A DNA stretch of 64,000 nt from a virus (taxonomy: Duplodnaviria > Caudoviricetes), in IMG/VR virus record IMGVR_UViG_2728369500_000003, positions 9,917 through 73,916 of that record, one strand, 5' to 3'. The number at the start of each line of letters is the position of its first letter. Within the stretch, counting starts at the first letter, position 1. The notes beneath the pieces were generated by a model. It did no database searches. It was not told the origin of the DNA and worked only from the letters and a program-made list of their open reading frames with translations. The translations under genes and the position numbers were made by a program. Shown here piece by piece: positions 1 to 9,372 of the stretch.

Positions 1-334
1 ACAGCAAACAGCCCGAAATGCAAGGAAAAACGAGCAAGCCGGTGGAGGCGTTTCTATTGAGATCAAAAAAGGAAGCAGAAAAGTCATCCCTTATGCTTTC
101 TTAACGAAATCACAGGCCAATACCGGGGTTGAAAAGCAGATTTTTGCCAGAGGAAAATACGCCGGAGGAAAATTCCAGAAAGCAAAAGAAAGATTCCCCA
201 TTACAGCCATGAAAACCACTTCTGTTTTCGGGATTTTGACTCATGACCCTATTCAAAGAAAAATAGAAACAGAATCTAAAGAAACCCTGCAAAGAGAGTT
301 TGAAAGACAAATTTATTTATTAACAAGAAGATAA
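1..334 (+). CDS. 3' end of minor tail/neck protein (GpZ-like), truncated by window start
   Basis: Matches the 3' end of ORF 43535-44212; stop TAA at 332-334. Confidence 0.75.
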   Translation, partial: QQTARNARKNEQAGGGVSIEIKKGSRKVIPYAFLTKSQANTGVEKQIFARGKYAGGKFQKAKERFPITAMKTTSVFGILTHDPIQRKIETESKETLQREFERQIYLLTRR

Positions 335-391
335 CATCCTGAAACGGCACTGCTCAAAAGGAAATCAGACACTCTCTTAAGTGTTTTTTGT

Positions 392-435
392 CAAATATTT
401 AGCAAAGATACTATGGAATCCAATCCTTTGCTTTG
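392..435 (+). promoter_or_regulatory. Putative late promoter: CAAATATTTAGCAA motif plus -7-like box TTGCTTTG
   Basis: Same motif and 36-nt spacing to a TWnnTTTG box at six sites in the window. Confidence 0.6.
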
Positions 436-439
436 TATT

Positions 440-2359
440 ATGAAAAAGGCAAAAGTTTCCTTATCCTACGTCAGGGCTTCAATACCCGAGAACAGCTTTA
501 ATGAAAAGAACAACACCATTGAGGTGGTTTTCGCTACAGAAACTCCAGTAAAAAGATATGACTGGAATGAAGGATGCTATTTCAATGAAGTTCTCGAGAT
601 TTCCAAAGATGCCATCAATTTTGAAAGACTCAATAGAGGCCTTTCTGTTTTGAACTCCCATCAATCCTATGGACTGGAAAATATTCTGGGCGTGGTAGAG
701 TCAGCCTGGATCGATGAAAACACCAAAGAAGCCAAAGCCATTATCAGACTTTCCAGCACGGAAAAAGATGCAGATATCATTTCTAAAATCAAACAGGGCA
801 TCATCCGTCATATGAGCGTTGGCTACAAGGTAGATCAGTACACCGTTAAAAAAAATGGCAAAGAAATTCCCGAGTACAGGGCCACACGCTGGACTCCCAA
901 TGAATTATCACTGGTACCCGTTCCGGCAGACTTTAATTCCGGAATACGATCTCAGCAAAAAGAAGAACATTTTAATTTAATTACGATAATGGACCAAGAT
1001 AATATCCCGGCGGATGAAGTCCCAACACCGCCAAAAGTTCAGAATACACCCACACCTGAACCCAAAGTAAATGAATCAGAGGTAAGAGCAGAGGCTGTTG
1101 CCCAGGAAAGACAAAGAGCAATGGATATTTCAGAGGTCTGCCAGCGGGCAGGCTTAGAAACATCCTTCGCAGATTCACTCATCAAAAACGGCACCTCATT
1201 ACATGATGCCAGAGCACTGATCATCGATGAAGTAGCCAAAAGAGCCAATCCGGCGCCCGTAGCAACTCCCCCGCCAGCAGAAGTGACGCAAGATGAATCC
1301 GAGAAAAAAAGAATCTCGATGGTAGAGGGAATTGTTGCAAGAGCGATTCCCGGATCTATAGACCTTAACGGAAACGAAAAAGCGCTACAGTTCAGAAACA
1401 TGAGACTTCTCGATATAGCCAAAGACCGATTAACAGCAGCGGGTGAAAACTTCTCGATGTTAAGTGAACAGGAAGTGGTAAAAAGAGCATGGGCTACCAC
1501 AGACTTCCCCACCCTCTTATCCCTGGCCTTTGACAGATCCCTCAGAAGATTCTATGAAGGCTACGCCGATGAGTGGAGATTCATCGCAAGGCAGGAAAAC
1601 GCTACCGATTTCAGAGAAAAAACAGGTATCAAAGTCGATGGTGCCGTGTCTTTTGATGAAATTCCCGAAGGAGGAGAATACAAAGAAAGCAATATTCTAC
1701 AGGCAGAAGAAGCAAAGATTAAGCTTAAAAAATTCGGAAGAAAATACAGCATCAGCGATATTGCTATTATCAATGATGATTTGAGTGTCTTCAGCAGACT
1801 GCCACAAATTATGGCACTCGGAGCCCAGCAATTCCAAAGTGATCTGGTTTGGTCCAATATCACCGATAACAAAAATGCACCGGACGGAAAGGCTTTATTT
1901 CATGCTGACCATAAAAATTACGATGCCACAGGAGCCGCTCTCACCACCGATGCATTAAGCATCGCAAGAACCGCCATGAGAAGGCAAAAATCCCCCGCAG
2001 GATTAAAGTTAGGCATTAAACCCCAGTATCTGTTAGTACCCCCGGAATTACAGACCACCGCAGAAAGACTCGTATCAGCAGTACTAGCTACCGAAACCGG
2101 AAATGTTAACGTTTTCGCAGGACAGCTGAGGGTCATGGTAAGCGATCAGCTCGAAGATCCCAAAGCATGGTACCTCCTGGCAGATCCTTCAGCCATTTCA
2201 GCAGACGGCATCGTGTACGCTTACCTCAATGGTCAGGGTGGACTTAAAACAGAATCAAGAGTCAACTGGGATACCGATGCCCTGGAAGTAAAAGGATCCA
2301 TGGCTTTTGCCACCGCCGTATGGGGATGGGAAGGATGGTATAAAAACAAAGGAAAATAA
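440..2359 (+). CDS. Prohead protease-major capsid protein fusion
   Basis: N-terminal protease-like domain (VLNSH, MSVGY, ELSLVPVPAD), Pro-rich linker, C-terminal capsid domain (PQYLLVPPEL). Start at MKKAKV is conserved in copy B; ORF-track start 413 is not conserved. Confidence 0.85.
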   Translation: MKKAKVSLSYVRASIPENSFNEKNNTIEVVFATETPVKRYDWNEGCYFNEVLEISKDAINFERLNRGLSVLNSHQSYGLENILGVVESAWIDENTKEAKAIIRLSSTEKDADIISKIKQGIIRHMSVGYKVDQYTVKKNGKEIPEYRATRWTPNELSLVPVPADFNSGIRSQQKEEHFNLITIMDQDNIPADEVPTPPKVQNTPTPEPKVNESEVRAEAVAQERQRAMDISEVCQRAGLETSFADSLIKNGTSLHDARALIIDEVAKRANPAPVATPPPAEVTQDESEKKRISMVEGIVARAIPGSIDLNGNEKALQFRNMRLLDIAKDRLTAAGENFSMLSEQEVVKRAWATTDFPTLLSLAFDRSLRRFYEGYADEWRFIARQENATDFREKTGIKVDGAVSFDEIPEGGEYKESNILQAEEAKIKLKKFGRKYSISDIAIINDDLSVFSRLPQIMALGAQQFQSDLVWSNITDNKNAPDGKALFHADHKNYDATGAALTTDALSIARTAMRRQKSPAGLKLGIKPQYLLVPPELQTTAERLVSAVLATETGNVNVFAGQLRVMVSDQLEDPKAWYLLADPSAISADGIVYAYLNGQGGLKTESRVNWDTDALEVKGSMAFATAVWGWEGWYKNKGK

Positions 2360-2386
2360 TTTTTTTTCTAAAAATTACAATTAAAC

Positions 2387-2707
2387 ATGAAAAATTATAT
2401 CGAAAAAGGAGAGTTTCTCCACACTGTTTTAGAAGATACTGTAAAAGGAGGTGATCTGGTCATCAAAGAAGACACCATAGGGGTAGCCGTTTCAGATGGG
2501 AACGGAGTGGATTTATGCGCTGTAGCCGTTGAGGGCGTCTTTGAACTTCCTAAAGCTACAGCGGTCGCTTTGAACCAGGGGAAAAAAGCATATTTTATTT
2601 CTGCTGACAAAACCGTTACCGGCGTGGCTTCAGGCAATACACTCATCGGCTACGTTTGGGAAACGGCCGATGCCACTAACCCTGTAGTAAGAGTGAAAAT
2701 TGGATAA
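2387..2707 (+). CDS. DUF2190-type capsid cement/decoration protein
   Basis: MKNYIEKGE...VEGVFELPKA pattern; directly after the capsid gene. Confidence 0.75.
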   Translation: MKNYIEKGEFLHTVLEDTVKGGDLVIKEDTIGVAVSDGNGVDLCAVAVEGVFELPKATAVALNQGKKAYFISADKTVTGVASGNTLIGYVWETADATNPVVRVKIG

Positions 2708-3032
2708 TGTATTCGACACCTTCAAGGCTCTGACATTCGATGTCATAGCAACGACGATGGGATATGATGCCCAGTGCAGAGGAATCACAGCAAGAGTACT
2801 TTTCAACCATCCCAGTGAAAATGAAAAGCTCTCCGAACATAACTATGATTATGACCGTCCTACTTTAGAATTTAAAGTGAATGACTGGGAAGGAATCCGG
2901 GAAGCGATTGAGCGAAAAGAAGATGTTCTGATCACCCTCAGAGGAAAAGAATATTACGCTATGAAAATCATAGGCGATGATCGTATCGCCCACGATGGAG
3001 ACACCTATAAAGTATTACTGGAAGAAGCATAA
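2700..3032 (+). CDS. Head-tail joining/adaptor protein
   Basis: Position, size, conservation in copy B (TTG start in both). Confidence 0.55.
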   Translation: MDNVFDTFKALTFDVIATTMGYDAQCRGITARVLFNHPSENEKLSEHNYDYDRPTLEFKVNDWEGIREAIERKEDVLITLRGKEYYAMKIIGDDRIAHDGDTYKVLLEEA

Positions 3033-3505
3033 TGAATTACCAGGCAGTAGAATCAGAAATCGTCCATCAGATGCAGGCCAATACTGATTTATCTGCAATA
3101 GCAGATATTACAGTACTTCCGGAAGATATCGCCCAATACAAAATACCGGTTGTGAATGGTTTAGTGACCGTTGTTTTTATGAGTGAAACCTTTGATAAAA
3201 ATCAAAGTATCGGCCCCATATCACAGCACAGCACCGCTACCTTTACCATCAGCATTCAATCCAGAAGATTAAGAGGTCCAAAAGGAGTGTACGTCATTTC
3301 AGAACTCATCAAGCAGTCCTTGATGGGGTTTACCCCTACAGATTGCGGAGCGGTTTCTTTAGGGGATTTTGCTTATGTAAACTACCAGAATGATGTCTGG
3401 GAATATTCCCTGTCGGTTGCATGCAGATCACTCAGAACACAAATCCTCCCCCACTCTGTTGATCCTCCGCTAACGGATCAACCGGTATATGATCAACCCC
3501 AATAA
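3032..3505 (+). CDS. Tail completion/terminator protein (Gp37-like)
   Basis: Position upstream of the sheath; SRRLRGPKGVY motif; conserved in B. Confidence 0.55.
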   Translation: MNYQAVESEIVHQMQANTDLSAIADITVLPEDIAQYKIPVVNGLVTVVFMSETFDKNQSIGPISQHSTATFTISIQSRRLRGPKGVYVISELIKQSLMGFTPTDCGAVSLGDFAYVNYQNDVWEYSLSVACRSLRTQILPHSVDPPLTDQPVYDQPQ

Positions 3506-3511
3506 TGACAT

Positions 3512-3673
3512 ATGAAAAAGTACATCTATAAAGGTCTTGTTAAAACGACACTTGGCGGCTATATTGTTGTTCCAGGCTCAGTCATTGAGCTCCCAGAAAA
3601 AGACGAAAGAGTAAAAAGTCTCTTGGCACAGGGACTTTTAGAATTAGTAGAAACCAAAAAACAAACAAAATAA
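3512..3673 (+). CDS. Small conserved 53-aa virion-module protein (not in ORF track)
   Basis: ATG 3512 to TAA 3673, MKKYIYKGLV...QTK; intact copy at 49639-49800; abuts the sheath gene. Confidence 0.7.
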   Translation: MKKYIYKGLVKTTLGGYIVVPGSVIELPEKDERVKSLLAQGLLELVETKKQTK

Positions 3674-3674
3674 T

Positions 3675-5090
3675 ATGGCAGCAAATTATCTGCACGGGGT
3701 AGAAACACTCGAACTGAAACAGGGCACCAGAACCATACAGGTGGTCAAATCGGCCGTAATAGGTCTGGTGGGTACTGCCCCTTCGGGTGAAAAAAACACC
3801 CCTATTCTGGTGAATTCAGAGAAAGATGCCGCGCAATTTGGAAGTACAATATCCGGATTTTCTATTCCCACGGCTTTAGAGGCTATTTTCAACCAGGGAG
3901 CCGGAACAGTCATCGTGGTCAATGTTTTTGATCAGACCAGGCATACCACACCGGTAACCGATGAGTCGTTGAAAGTAGAAGACAGAGCCCTGAAATTAAC
4001 CTACCCTCCCCTGGATACGGTCATCATAAAAGATGCTGACGGAAACCCCGCAGACTATGTGCGGGATATCGATTACAGCATCGATCCTTTTGGAAACTTC
4101 AAGGCATTGACTCCCCGTATTGCAGATGGAATATTTATCAAATTTTCCTACAAAAGACTCGATGAAACTAAAATTACGGCCGGCGATATCATCGGGGAGA
4201 TCAACCCCGCAACAGACCAGAGAACCGGACTCAAATGCCTGGAACTTGCTTACAATCTTTTCGGGTTTTCTCCAAAAATTATCATTACCCCTACCTTTTC
4301 AGACGACAGTGCCGTGGCTGCTGAACTGATTTCCACCGCTGAAAAAATGCGTGCCATCTGCTATCTGGATGCCCCCTATGCCACGACCGTGCAACAAGCC
4401 ATTGAAGGCAGAGGACCAGGGGGAACCATCAACTTTAACACCTCCAGTAGTAGAGCACAGCTCCTGTATCCCATGCTCAAAACCTATAACGTACAAGCCA
4501 ATTCAGAGGAATTATTTCCTTATTCAGCCTTCCTGGCAGGGGTGAGAGCTAAAGTGGATCATCAAGAAGGCTATTGGGTCTCGGAGTCCAACCATGAAAT
4601 TAAAGGAATTACAGGAATTGAAAGAGAGATCAGTGCCGGTATCTCCAATAGCAACAGCGATGCCAATCTTTTGAATGAAAAAGGAATTACTACCGTATTT
4701 AATTCCTATGGCATCGGGTACAGAACATGGGGAAACAGAAGCGCAGCATTTCCTACAGGTACAAGTCCTGATAACTTTATCGCCGTAAGGAGAACAGCCG
4801 ATGTCATTAATGAAAGTATTGAACAGGCATGCCTGCAATTTGTAGACCAGCCCATCACTCAGGGATGGATTGACTCCGTCAGGGAAACCGTGAACGCCTT
4901 CTTAAGAACACTACAGGGACGAGGAGCCATCATAGACGGGGTATGTAAATATTTGCAAGAAGATAATCCCCCAACACAGCTGGCGCAGGGACATGTTACA
5001 TTCTATGTGGACTTTATGCCGCCTACTCCGGCCGAGAGAATTTCTTTTACTTCCCTGATCAACATTAATTATCTAAGCTCTTTAAAATAA
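3675..5090 (+). CDS. Contractile tail sheath protein (P2 FI-like)
   Basis: MAANYLHGVET start, YRTWGNRS, FIAVRRTAD, PPTPAERI motifs. Confidence 0.92.
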   Translation: MAANYLHGVETLELKQGTRTIQVVKSAVIGLVGTAPSGEKNTPILVNSEKDAAQFGSTISGFSIPTALEAIFNQGAGTVIVVNVFDQTRHTTPVTDESLKVEDRALKLTYPPLDTVIIKDADGNPADYVRDIDYSIDPFGNFKALTPRIADGIFIKFSYKRLDETKITAGDIIGEINPATDQRTGLKCLELAYNLFGFSPKIIITPTFSDDSAVAAELISTAEKMRAICYLDAPYATTVQQAIEGRGPGGTINFNTSSSRAQLLYPMLKTYNVQANSEELFPYSAFLAGVRAKVDHQEGYWVSESNHEIKGITGIEREISAGISNSNSDANLLNEKGITTVFNSYGIGYRTWGNRSAAFPTGTSPDNFIAVRRTADVINESIEQACLQFVDQPITQGWIDSVRETVNAFLRTLQGRGAIIDGVCKYLQEDNPPTQLAQGHVTFYVDFMPPTPAERISFTSLININYLSSLK

Positions 5091-5096
5091 TATAAA

Positions 5097-5621
5097 ATGG
5101 CTCAAAAAATCAAAATCGGAAGACTCACCAACGCCAATATATATGTGGATGGAGGGAGCCTTTTGGGGCGTGTTGAAGAATTTCAATGCCCGACCCTTAC
5201 TTTCAAGCAGTCTGAACATAAAGCCCTGGGAATGAATGGTACCATAGAATACTATTCCGGCATCGATAAAATGGAAGGCTCCATGAAATGGACCTCTTAT
5301 TATCCTGAATTTTTAAAGAAAATGGCCAATCCATTTAAGGCCGTAAGAATTCAGGTAAGGGGAAGTTTGGAAGAATACCAGGGCGGAGAAAGAATAGCAC
5401 AGACTCCTGCTGTTGTTTTCCTTACCATTCAACCAAAGAATTTTCCCCTCGGAAATTTCCAGCAGCATGATAATGTCGAACTTTCCACAAACTATGGATG
5501 TACCTATGTCAGACTGGAAATTGGAGGAGAAGTCATTACGGAAGTAGATGTAGAAGCCAATATCTTTAAAGTCGATGGAGAAGATCTGTTAGCAGCGTAT
5601 AGACAAAATCTGGGAATTTAA
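5097..5621 (+). CDS. Tail tube protein (P2 FII-like)
   Basis: LTNANIYVDG..LLGRVEE motif; follows the sheath; identical protein at 51224-51748. Confidence 0.9.
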   Translation: MAQKIKIGRLTNANIYVDGGSLLGRVEEFQCPTLTFKQSEHKALGMNGTIEYYSGIDKMEGSMKWTSYYPEFLKKMANPFKAVRIQVRGSLEEYQGGERIAQTPAVVFLTIQPKNFPLGNFQQHDNVELSTNYGCTYVRLEIGGEVITEVDVEANIFKVDGEDLLAAYRQNLGI

Positions 5622-5700
5622 TCCTTTTTTTATCGCGTAATAATAAAATTAAACACACAAAACCCACTAAAATTACGATTCAGTCCGTTAAAAACATTTA

Positions 5701-5739
5701 GAGCCTGTTTAAATTTTCTACTCAAATTTAAACAGGCTC
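5701..5739. repeat. Perfect 16-bp inverted repeat (collapsed IS-like ends and/or bidirectional terminator)
   Basis: GAGCCTGTTTAAATTT-7nt-AAATTTAAACAGGCTC; the left arm recurs within a 21-bp direct repeat (5697-5717 = 9226-9246). Confidence 0.7.
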
Positions 5740-5863
5740 CTTCAAGTTCATTGTTGTTATGAACCTTGAATTCCATTTTCTGATCTTTGTATTGTTTGGT
5801 GTCGTCTTTTAGGCTGACCGTTATCTCACGCTTGGCGTTCTGTCTTTCCGTTGTTTGTACTCG

Positions 5864-7027
5864 TCATTTGTTTCCTTTTGCTCTGTTGTGTGTCTTGCAT
5901 AACATTTGGCAATTTTTCGTGTTAGTTGCACCGCCTTTACTCCAAGCTGTTACGTGGTCTGCGTCCATCTCTGCGAGTTTCCAAATTTTAGTTTTATTGC
6001 TGTCATGTCCTAATGCACATAATGGGCAATTTGAAACACTCTTTTTCTCTGCTTCTGCTGTCTGAATAGTATAAACAGATTTTTTTGTCGCATCGTTAAA
6101 AACCCGAATTGCTAAAAGTTTGGTATCTGTTGAACCGCCAAGAACATACTCAAAAATCCCTTTATGATTTTCCACATAGGGGTCAGCATAAAGTGTTTTA
6201 ACTTTTTCGGAAACTTCTTGTGGGTTGTATGGTTGCTTTTTGTAGGTTTCAAAAAGTCGTCCCCATTCAAGTCCACGCATTTCACTTTCTACGTCTATAA
6301 ATACAGTTGAAACCCAGTCAATAACGCTATTAAAATAAGTTTTTAACTCGTTTATGTCAGTGTCATAACGGTGTTTGCTCATATAACCGCCTATATTCCC
6401 TTTGCTTACCCAGTCAAGTGCTCTTTCTAAAAACTCTTGTCTGTTTGCACTACCCGAAACGTAAGCACTCCATTTTTGAATATTGGCATTTTGTGTGTTA
6501 CTAAATTCTTCCTTGCCAAGTGTTACGAAAGGGCCAGAATAAACAGCATTTAGTAATTCTTGATTGTTAAGTGGAACACCAGTAATATTGATTGTCCTAA
6601 ACCATTCTTTAATTTCACTTTCAGTTCCTTCGCACTCGTAAATTAAAAGTTCTGTATTCAATATTTTTTCTTGCTTGTCCTTTGCAATACCTCCAAAATA
6701 TTGCTCCATTCCGCTCTCGTCTTTGATTGCAAATTTGTTAGTTACAAATCTGCCAAAACTTGTAATGCGTTGTTGGCCATCTAAAACTTCAAACTTGTCT
6801 GCACTTAATGTATTGAAATAGATTAGTCCTAATGGATAACCTTTTAAAATGCTTTCAATTACTGCAACATCTCTTTTGCCGTCTGCATAAATATAATTAC
6901 GTTGATACTCCGGCTGAATTGTCAGTTTGCCTGACAAACCAAACAGTCCTTTGCCTTCAAGTTCGTTGTAAACAAAGCCATCGCAAATGGCTTTTACTGT
7001 TATATCTGTTCTAAGAGTAGTTTTCAT
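5864..7027 (-). CDS. DUF262 (GmrSD-family) protein with C-terminal HNH nuclease
   Basis: PEYQR and LDGQQR DUF262 motifs; CPLC...DADH...[13 protein letters not shown] motif. Confidence 0.88.
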   Translation of the reverse strand: MKTTLRTDITVKAICDGFVYNELEGKGLFGLSGKLTIQPEYQRNYIYADGKRDVAVIESILKGYPLGLIYFNTLSADKFEVLDGQQRITSFGRFVTNKFAIKDESGMEQYFGGIAKDKQEKILNTELLIYECEGTESEIKEWFRTINITGVPLNNQELLNAVYSGPFVTLGKEEFSNTQNANIQKWSAYVSGSANRQEFLERALDWVSKGNIGGYMSKHRYDTDINELKTYFNSVIDWVSTVFIDVESEMRGLEWGRLFETYKKQPYNPQEVSEKVKTLYADPYVENHKGIFEYVLGGSTDTKLLAIRVFNDATKKSVYTIQTAEAEKKSVSNCPLCALGHDSNKTKIWKLAEMDADHVTAWSKGGATNTKNCQMLCKTHNRAKGNK

Positions 7028-8194
7028 TTACTTTTTATGTTTTATTAAAACTCTTGCGTAGGGAACTTCAACTACACCATCCAAAATCATATATAAATCC
7101 CCATCAACTGCACCACGCTTCTGAATTTCCTTTCTGTATTTTTTATGTTCAGTTTTATACGGTTGAACTCCGACTTCCAACCCTGAATTTGAAATACCTA
7201 AACCAATAATATCAAATTGATCGGGGTTATACTTATTTAAGAAACTGATAGGAACACCCATTGCACCATCGTAATCGCTTGGTATTGCATCAGTAAAGGG
7301 AACATCAATAGCATCAAAGTTTTCATATTTCTGATATTCTTTCCCTTTTACTTCTTTGTGTTTGCTGAATTTTATATTGTCTTGTTTAGTCATTAAAGGT
7401 AAAGGATCGTGTCGCCTGCCGTGGTCAAGATTTGTGTACCAACCAGTACCAGCAACACTTATCATTTTCTTACCATCACTACTTATTTCAACTTCTGTTC
7501 CGCTCAATTCATAGTCATCTGGAACAAAAAAAGTCATATTCTTACCGTTTATTCTTTGATTGAACCTAACTCCAGTCCATAGTTTATTTTGCTTTATAAG
7601 TGAAAAAATATCTTTGTAAGTTATAGCATTCATATTACCGATGATAACAAAATTCTTTTCAGCCTCAATAATCCAAGCAACAAATTCACGGAATAATGAG
7701 AAAGGAGGATTGGTAATTATTATGTCCGCCTCATTTCTAAGTTTTTTAATTTCTTCACTTCTAAAATCACCATCACCTTTTAAGTAAGACCACTCCAAAT
7801 CATTAACATCAATTTTCCCATCGCCTGATTTGTCACGTGTTAAAGTGAAAATTTTACCATTTTGCTTTGTTTTATATTCGTCAAACTGTGGGTCGTTTAC
7901 TTCAAAAAGTGTCGGTTGATAGTTGTTTTTGATCTTTTTACTTTCAGGTGCGTAACTCGTGCTAATTAGTTTTTTAAGTCCGAAGCGTTCAAAATTTTGA
8001 GCAAAGAACTTTGTGAAGTTGCTCCATTCAGGATCGTCACAAGGTAACAATATGGTTTTACCCTTAAAAACTTTGGGATTATATTCAAGGTAGGCAGACA
8101 TTTCTTTTTCAATATCATGGTATTGAGTATAAAACTCATCCATTTTTGCCTTATTCGCATTCCTTAAATTTTTATTCTTTGCTGTATTCGCCAT
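7028..8194 (-). CDS. Adenine-specific DNA methyltransferase, EcoRI-methylase family
   Basis: DEFYT, ILLPCDDPEWSNF, GDGDFRS, IITNPPFSLFREF motifs; stop abuts the DUF262 start. Confidence 0.88.
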   Translation of the reverse strand: MANTAKNKNLRNANKAKMDEFYTQYHDIEKEMSAYLEYNPKVFKGKTILLPCDDPEWSNFTKFFAQNFERFGLKKLISTSYAPESKKIKNNYQPTLFEVNDPQFDEYKTKQNGKIFTLTRDKSGDGKIDVNDLEWSYLKGDGDFRSEEIKKLRNEADIIITNPPFSLFREFVAWIIEAEKNFVIIGNMNAITYKDIFSLIKQNKLWTGVRFNQRINGKNMTFFVPDDYELSGTEVEISSDGKKMISVAGTGWYTNLDHGRRHDPLPLMTKQDNIKFSKHKEVKGKEYQKYENFDAIDVPFTDAIPSDYDGAMGVPISFLNKYNPDQFDIIGLGISNSGLEVGVQPYKTEHKKYRKEIQKRGAVDGDLYMILDGVVEVPYARVLIKHKK

Positions 8195-8263
8195 TTCTAT
8201 TTATCTCGTCTTTATATTTTTAATGTCGGTTCTGTCTTGCGGTGTCGTTTTTACGCTTGCCTG

Positions 8264-8393
8264 TAATAACGTTTCGAAGCTTTATTAAGCAACTGATTTT
8301 AACCCACTTAATTTCATTTAACACTAACTTCATTTGAAAACCAAATGTTCAATTTAGCATTGAACCCGCCATTTTGCCAAACTGCTATTAGCC
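8264..8393 (-). repeat. attC-like ~130-bp cassette-boundary repeat
   Basis: On the gene strand: GGCTAAT-agcag-TTTGGCAAAATGGCGG ... cgaaac-GTTATTA; overlaps the protease stop and precedes the MTase leader. Confidence 0.5.
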
Positions 8394-9059
8394 GATGTTA
8401 TTCTTTAAAATAATTTCTTTGACGTGTTTTATGTTATAAGTTATTACTATTCCAGAATTTTCAAGGTATTTAATTTCCCCTAATGGTGTGTCAGTAAAAT
8501 TAGTTTGGGGTAAGTAGCCAGAAACAACACTAGTTAATACCATTTTATTTGTTGAGTTTTCATAGTAACCAACAGGTCCTCCAGAAAATCCTGGATTGTT
8601 ATGACCATCTAATAACATAATCGAACTACCATTTGGTTCATGAATATATCCAGAAACAATACATTTTTTGACAAGTGGAATAGGAAAGTTTGTTTTATTT
8701 GTAAAACTTTGATTTAAATTGTAAGGAAAACCTAGAAAGAAAATGTCACCACCAATAACTATATCCTCATCTAACAAAAAAGGAATGTCTTGAACGACTT
8801 TTTGTTGTAATTTAAATACAGCAATATCAACCCCTGATATTTCTGAAATATTTATATTTAAGGAAAATTCAATAAAACCATTATCAGTACGTATTTTGAA
8901 GTTTTTAATTTCTCCATTTTTTGCATTTGGAAATAAATGTTTTGCTGTAATTAGAAATTGGTTATTATTCCATGTAATTATGAAACATGTCCCTACTGAA
9001 GTTTCAAAAATAATATTAAATGTGTTCGTAAAAAATCCTAAAGGTATTGATTTTTCCAT
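8388..9059 (-). CDS. Trypsin-like (S1) serine protease, no signal peptide
   Basis: Catalytic triad motifs TAKH, DIAV, GFSGGP. Confidence 0.85.
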   Translation of the reverse strand: MEKSIPLGFFTNTFNIIFETSVGTCFIITWNNNQFLITAKHLFPNAKNGEIKNFKIRTDNGFIEFSLNINISEISGVDIAVFKLQQKVVQDIPFLLDEDIVIGGDIFFLGFPYNLNQSFTNKTNFPIPLVKKCIVSGYIHEPNGSSIMLLDGHNNPGFSGGPVGYYENSTNKMVLTSVVSGYLPQTNFTDTPLGEIKYLENSGIVITYNIKHVKEIILKNNIG

Positions 9060-9078
9060 AGTTTTTTTTTATAATGTT

Positions 9079-9150
9079 GTCTAACTCTTTTATACTCGCT
9101 ATAAACTAGCGACTATACATCTTAGTTGTGATGAATAGTCGCTACCAAGT
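9079..9150 (-). repeat. attC-like hairpin with GTTAGAC core upstream of the protease
   Basis: GTTAGAC (fits GTTRRRY) at 9085-9079 on minus; 10-bp inverted repeat TAGCGACTAT 9107-9116 / ATAGTCGCTA 9135-9144. Confidence 0.4.
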
Positions 9151-9225
9151 AGCTAATTTTTATCAAAAATACTTTTTTTTTATTTTCCTACAAGTCATCA
9201 AACGGATTTTTATTTGTTGAATACT

Positions 9226-9246
9226 TTTAGAGCCTGTTTAAATTTT
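9226..9246 (+). repeat. 21-bp direct repeat of 5697-5717 (IS-like end)
   Basis: TTTAGAGCCTGTTTAAATTTT at both ends of the 3.6-kb insert. Confidence 0.75.
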
Positions 9247-9310
9247 AGTGGAAAATTTTGTTAAAGCATTTCCGTGAACTTCCTACAAAATCCATTCAGG
9301 AGAAACCTGT

Positions 9311-9354
9311 CAAATATTTGGCAAGTTTTTTTTCTGCTTTCTTTCCTAGTTTTG
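9311..9354 (+). promoter_or_regulatory. Putative late promoter: CAAATATTTGGCAA plus TAGTTTTG -7 box
   Basis: Bacteroidetes TAnnTTTG at 9347-9354, 36 nt after motif start; identical layout at 51820/51856. Confidence 0.65.
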
Positions 9355-9372
9355 AGCTTTAAACAAAGTATT

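Noticed and set aside
413-439. Upstream start extensions in the ORF track (413, 9274, 14194, 37064, 38566, 41729, 46507, 51816, 59426)
   Set aside because: Not conserved between copies or overlapping promoter motifs and upstream genes; internal ATGs fit better
7028-8194. Assigning GAATTC specificity or calling this EcoRI R-M
   Set aside because: Family membership does not fix the target, and the partner is DUF262/HNH rather than an EcoRI-type nuclease
8264-9150. CRISPR array
   Set aside because: Repeats are few, long, degenerate and separated by whole genes; no regular repeat-spacer period and no cas genes
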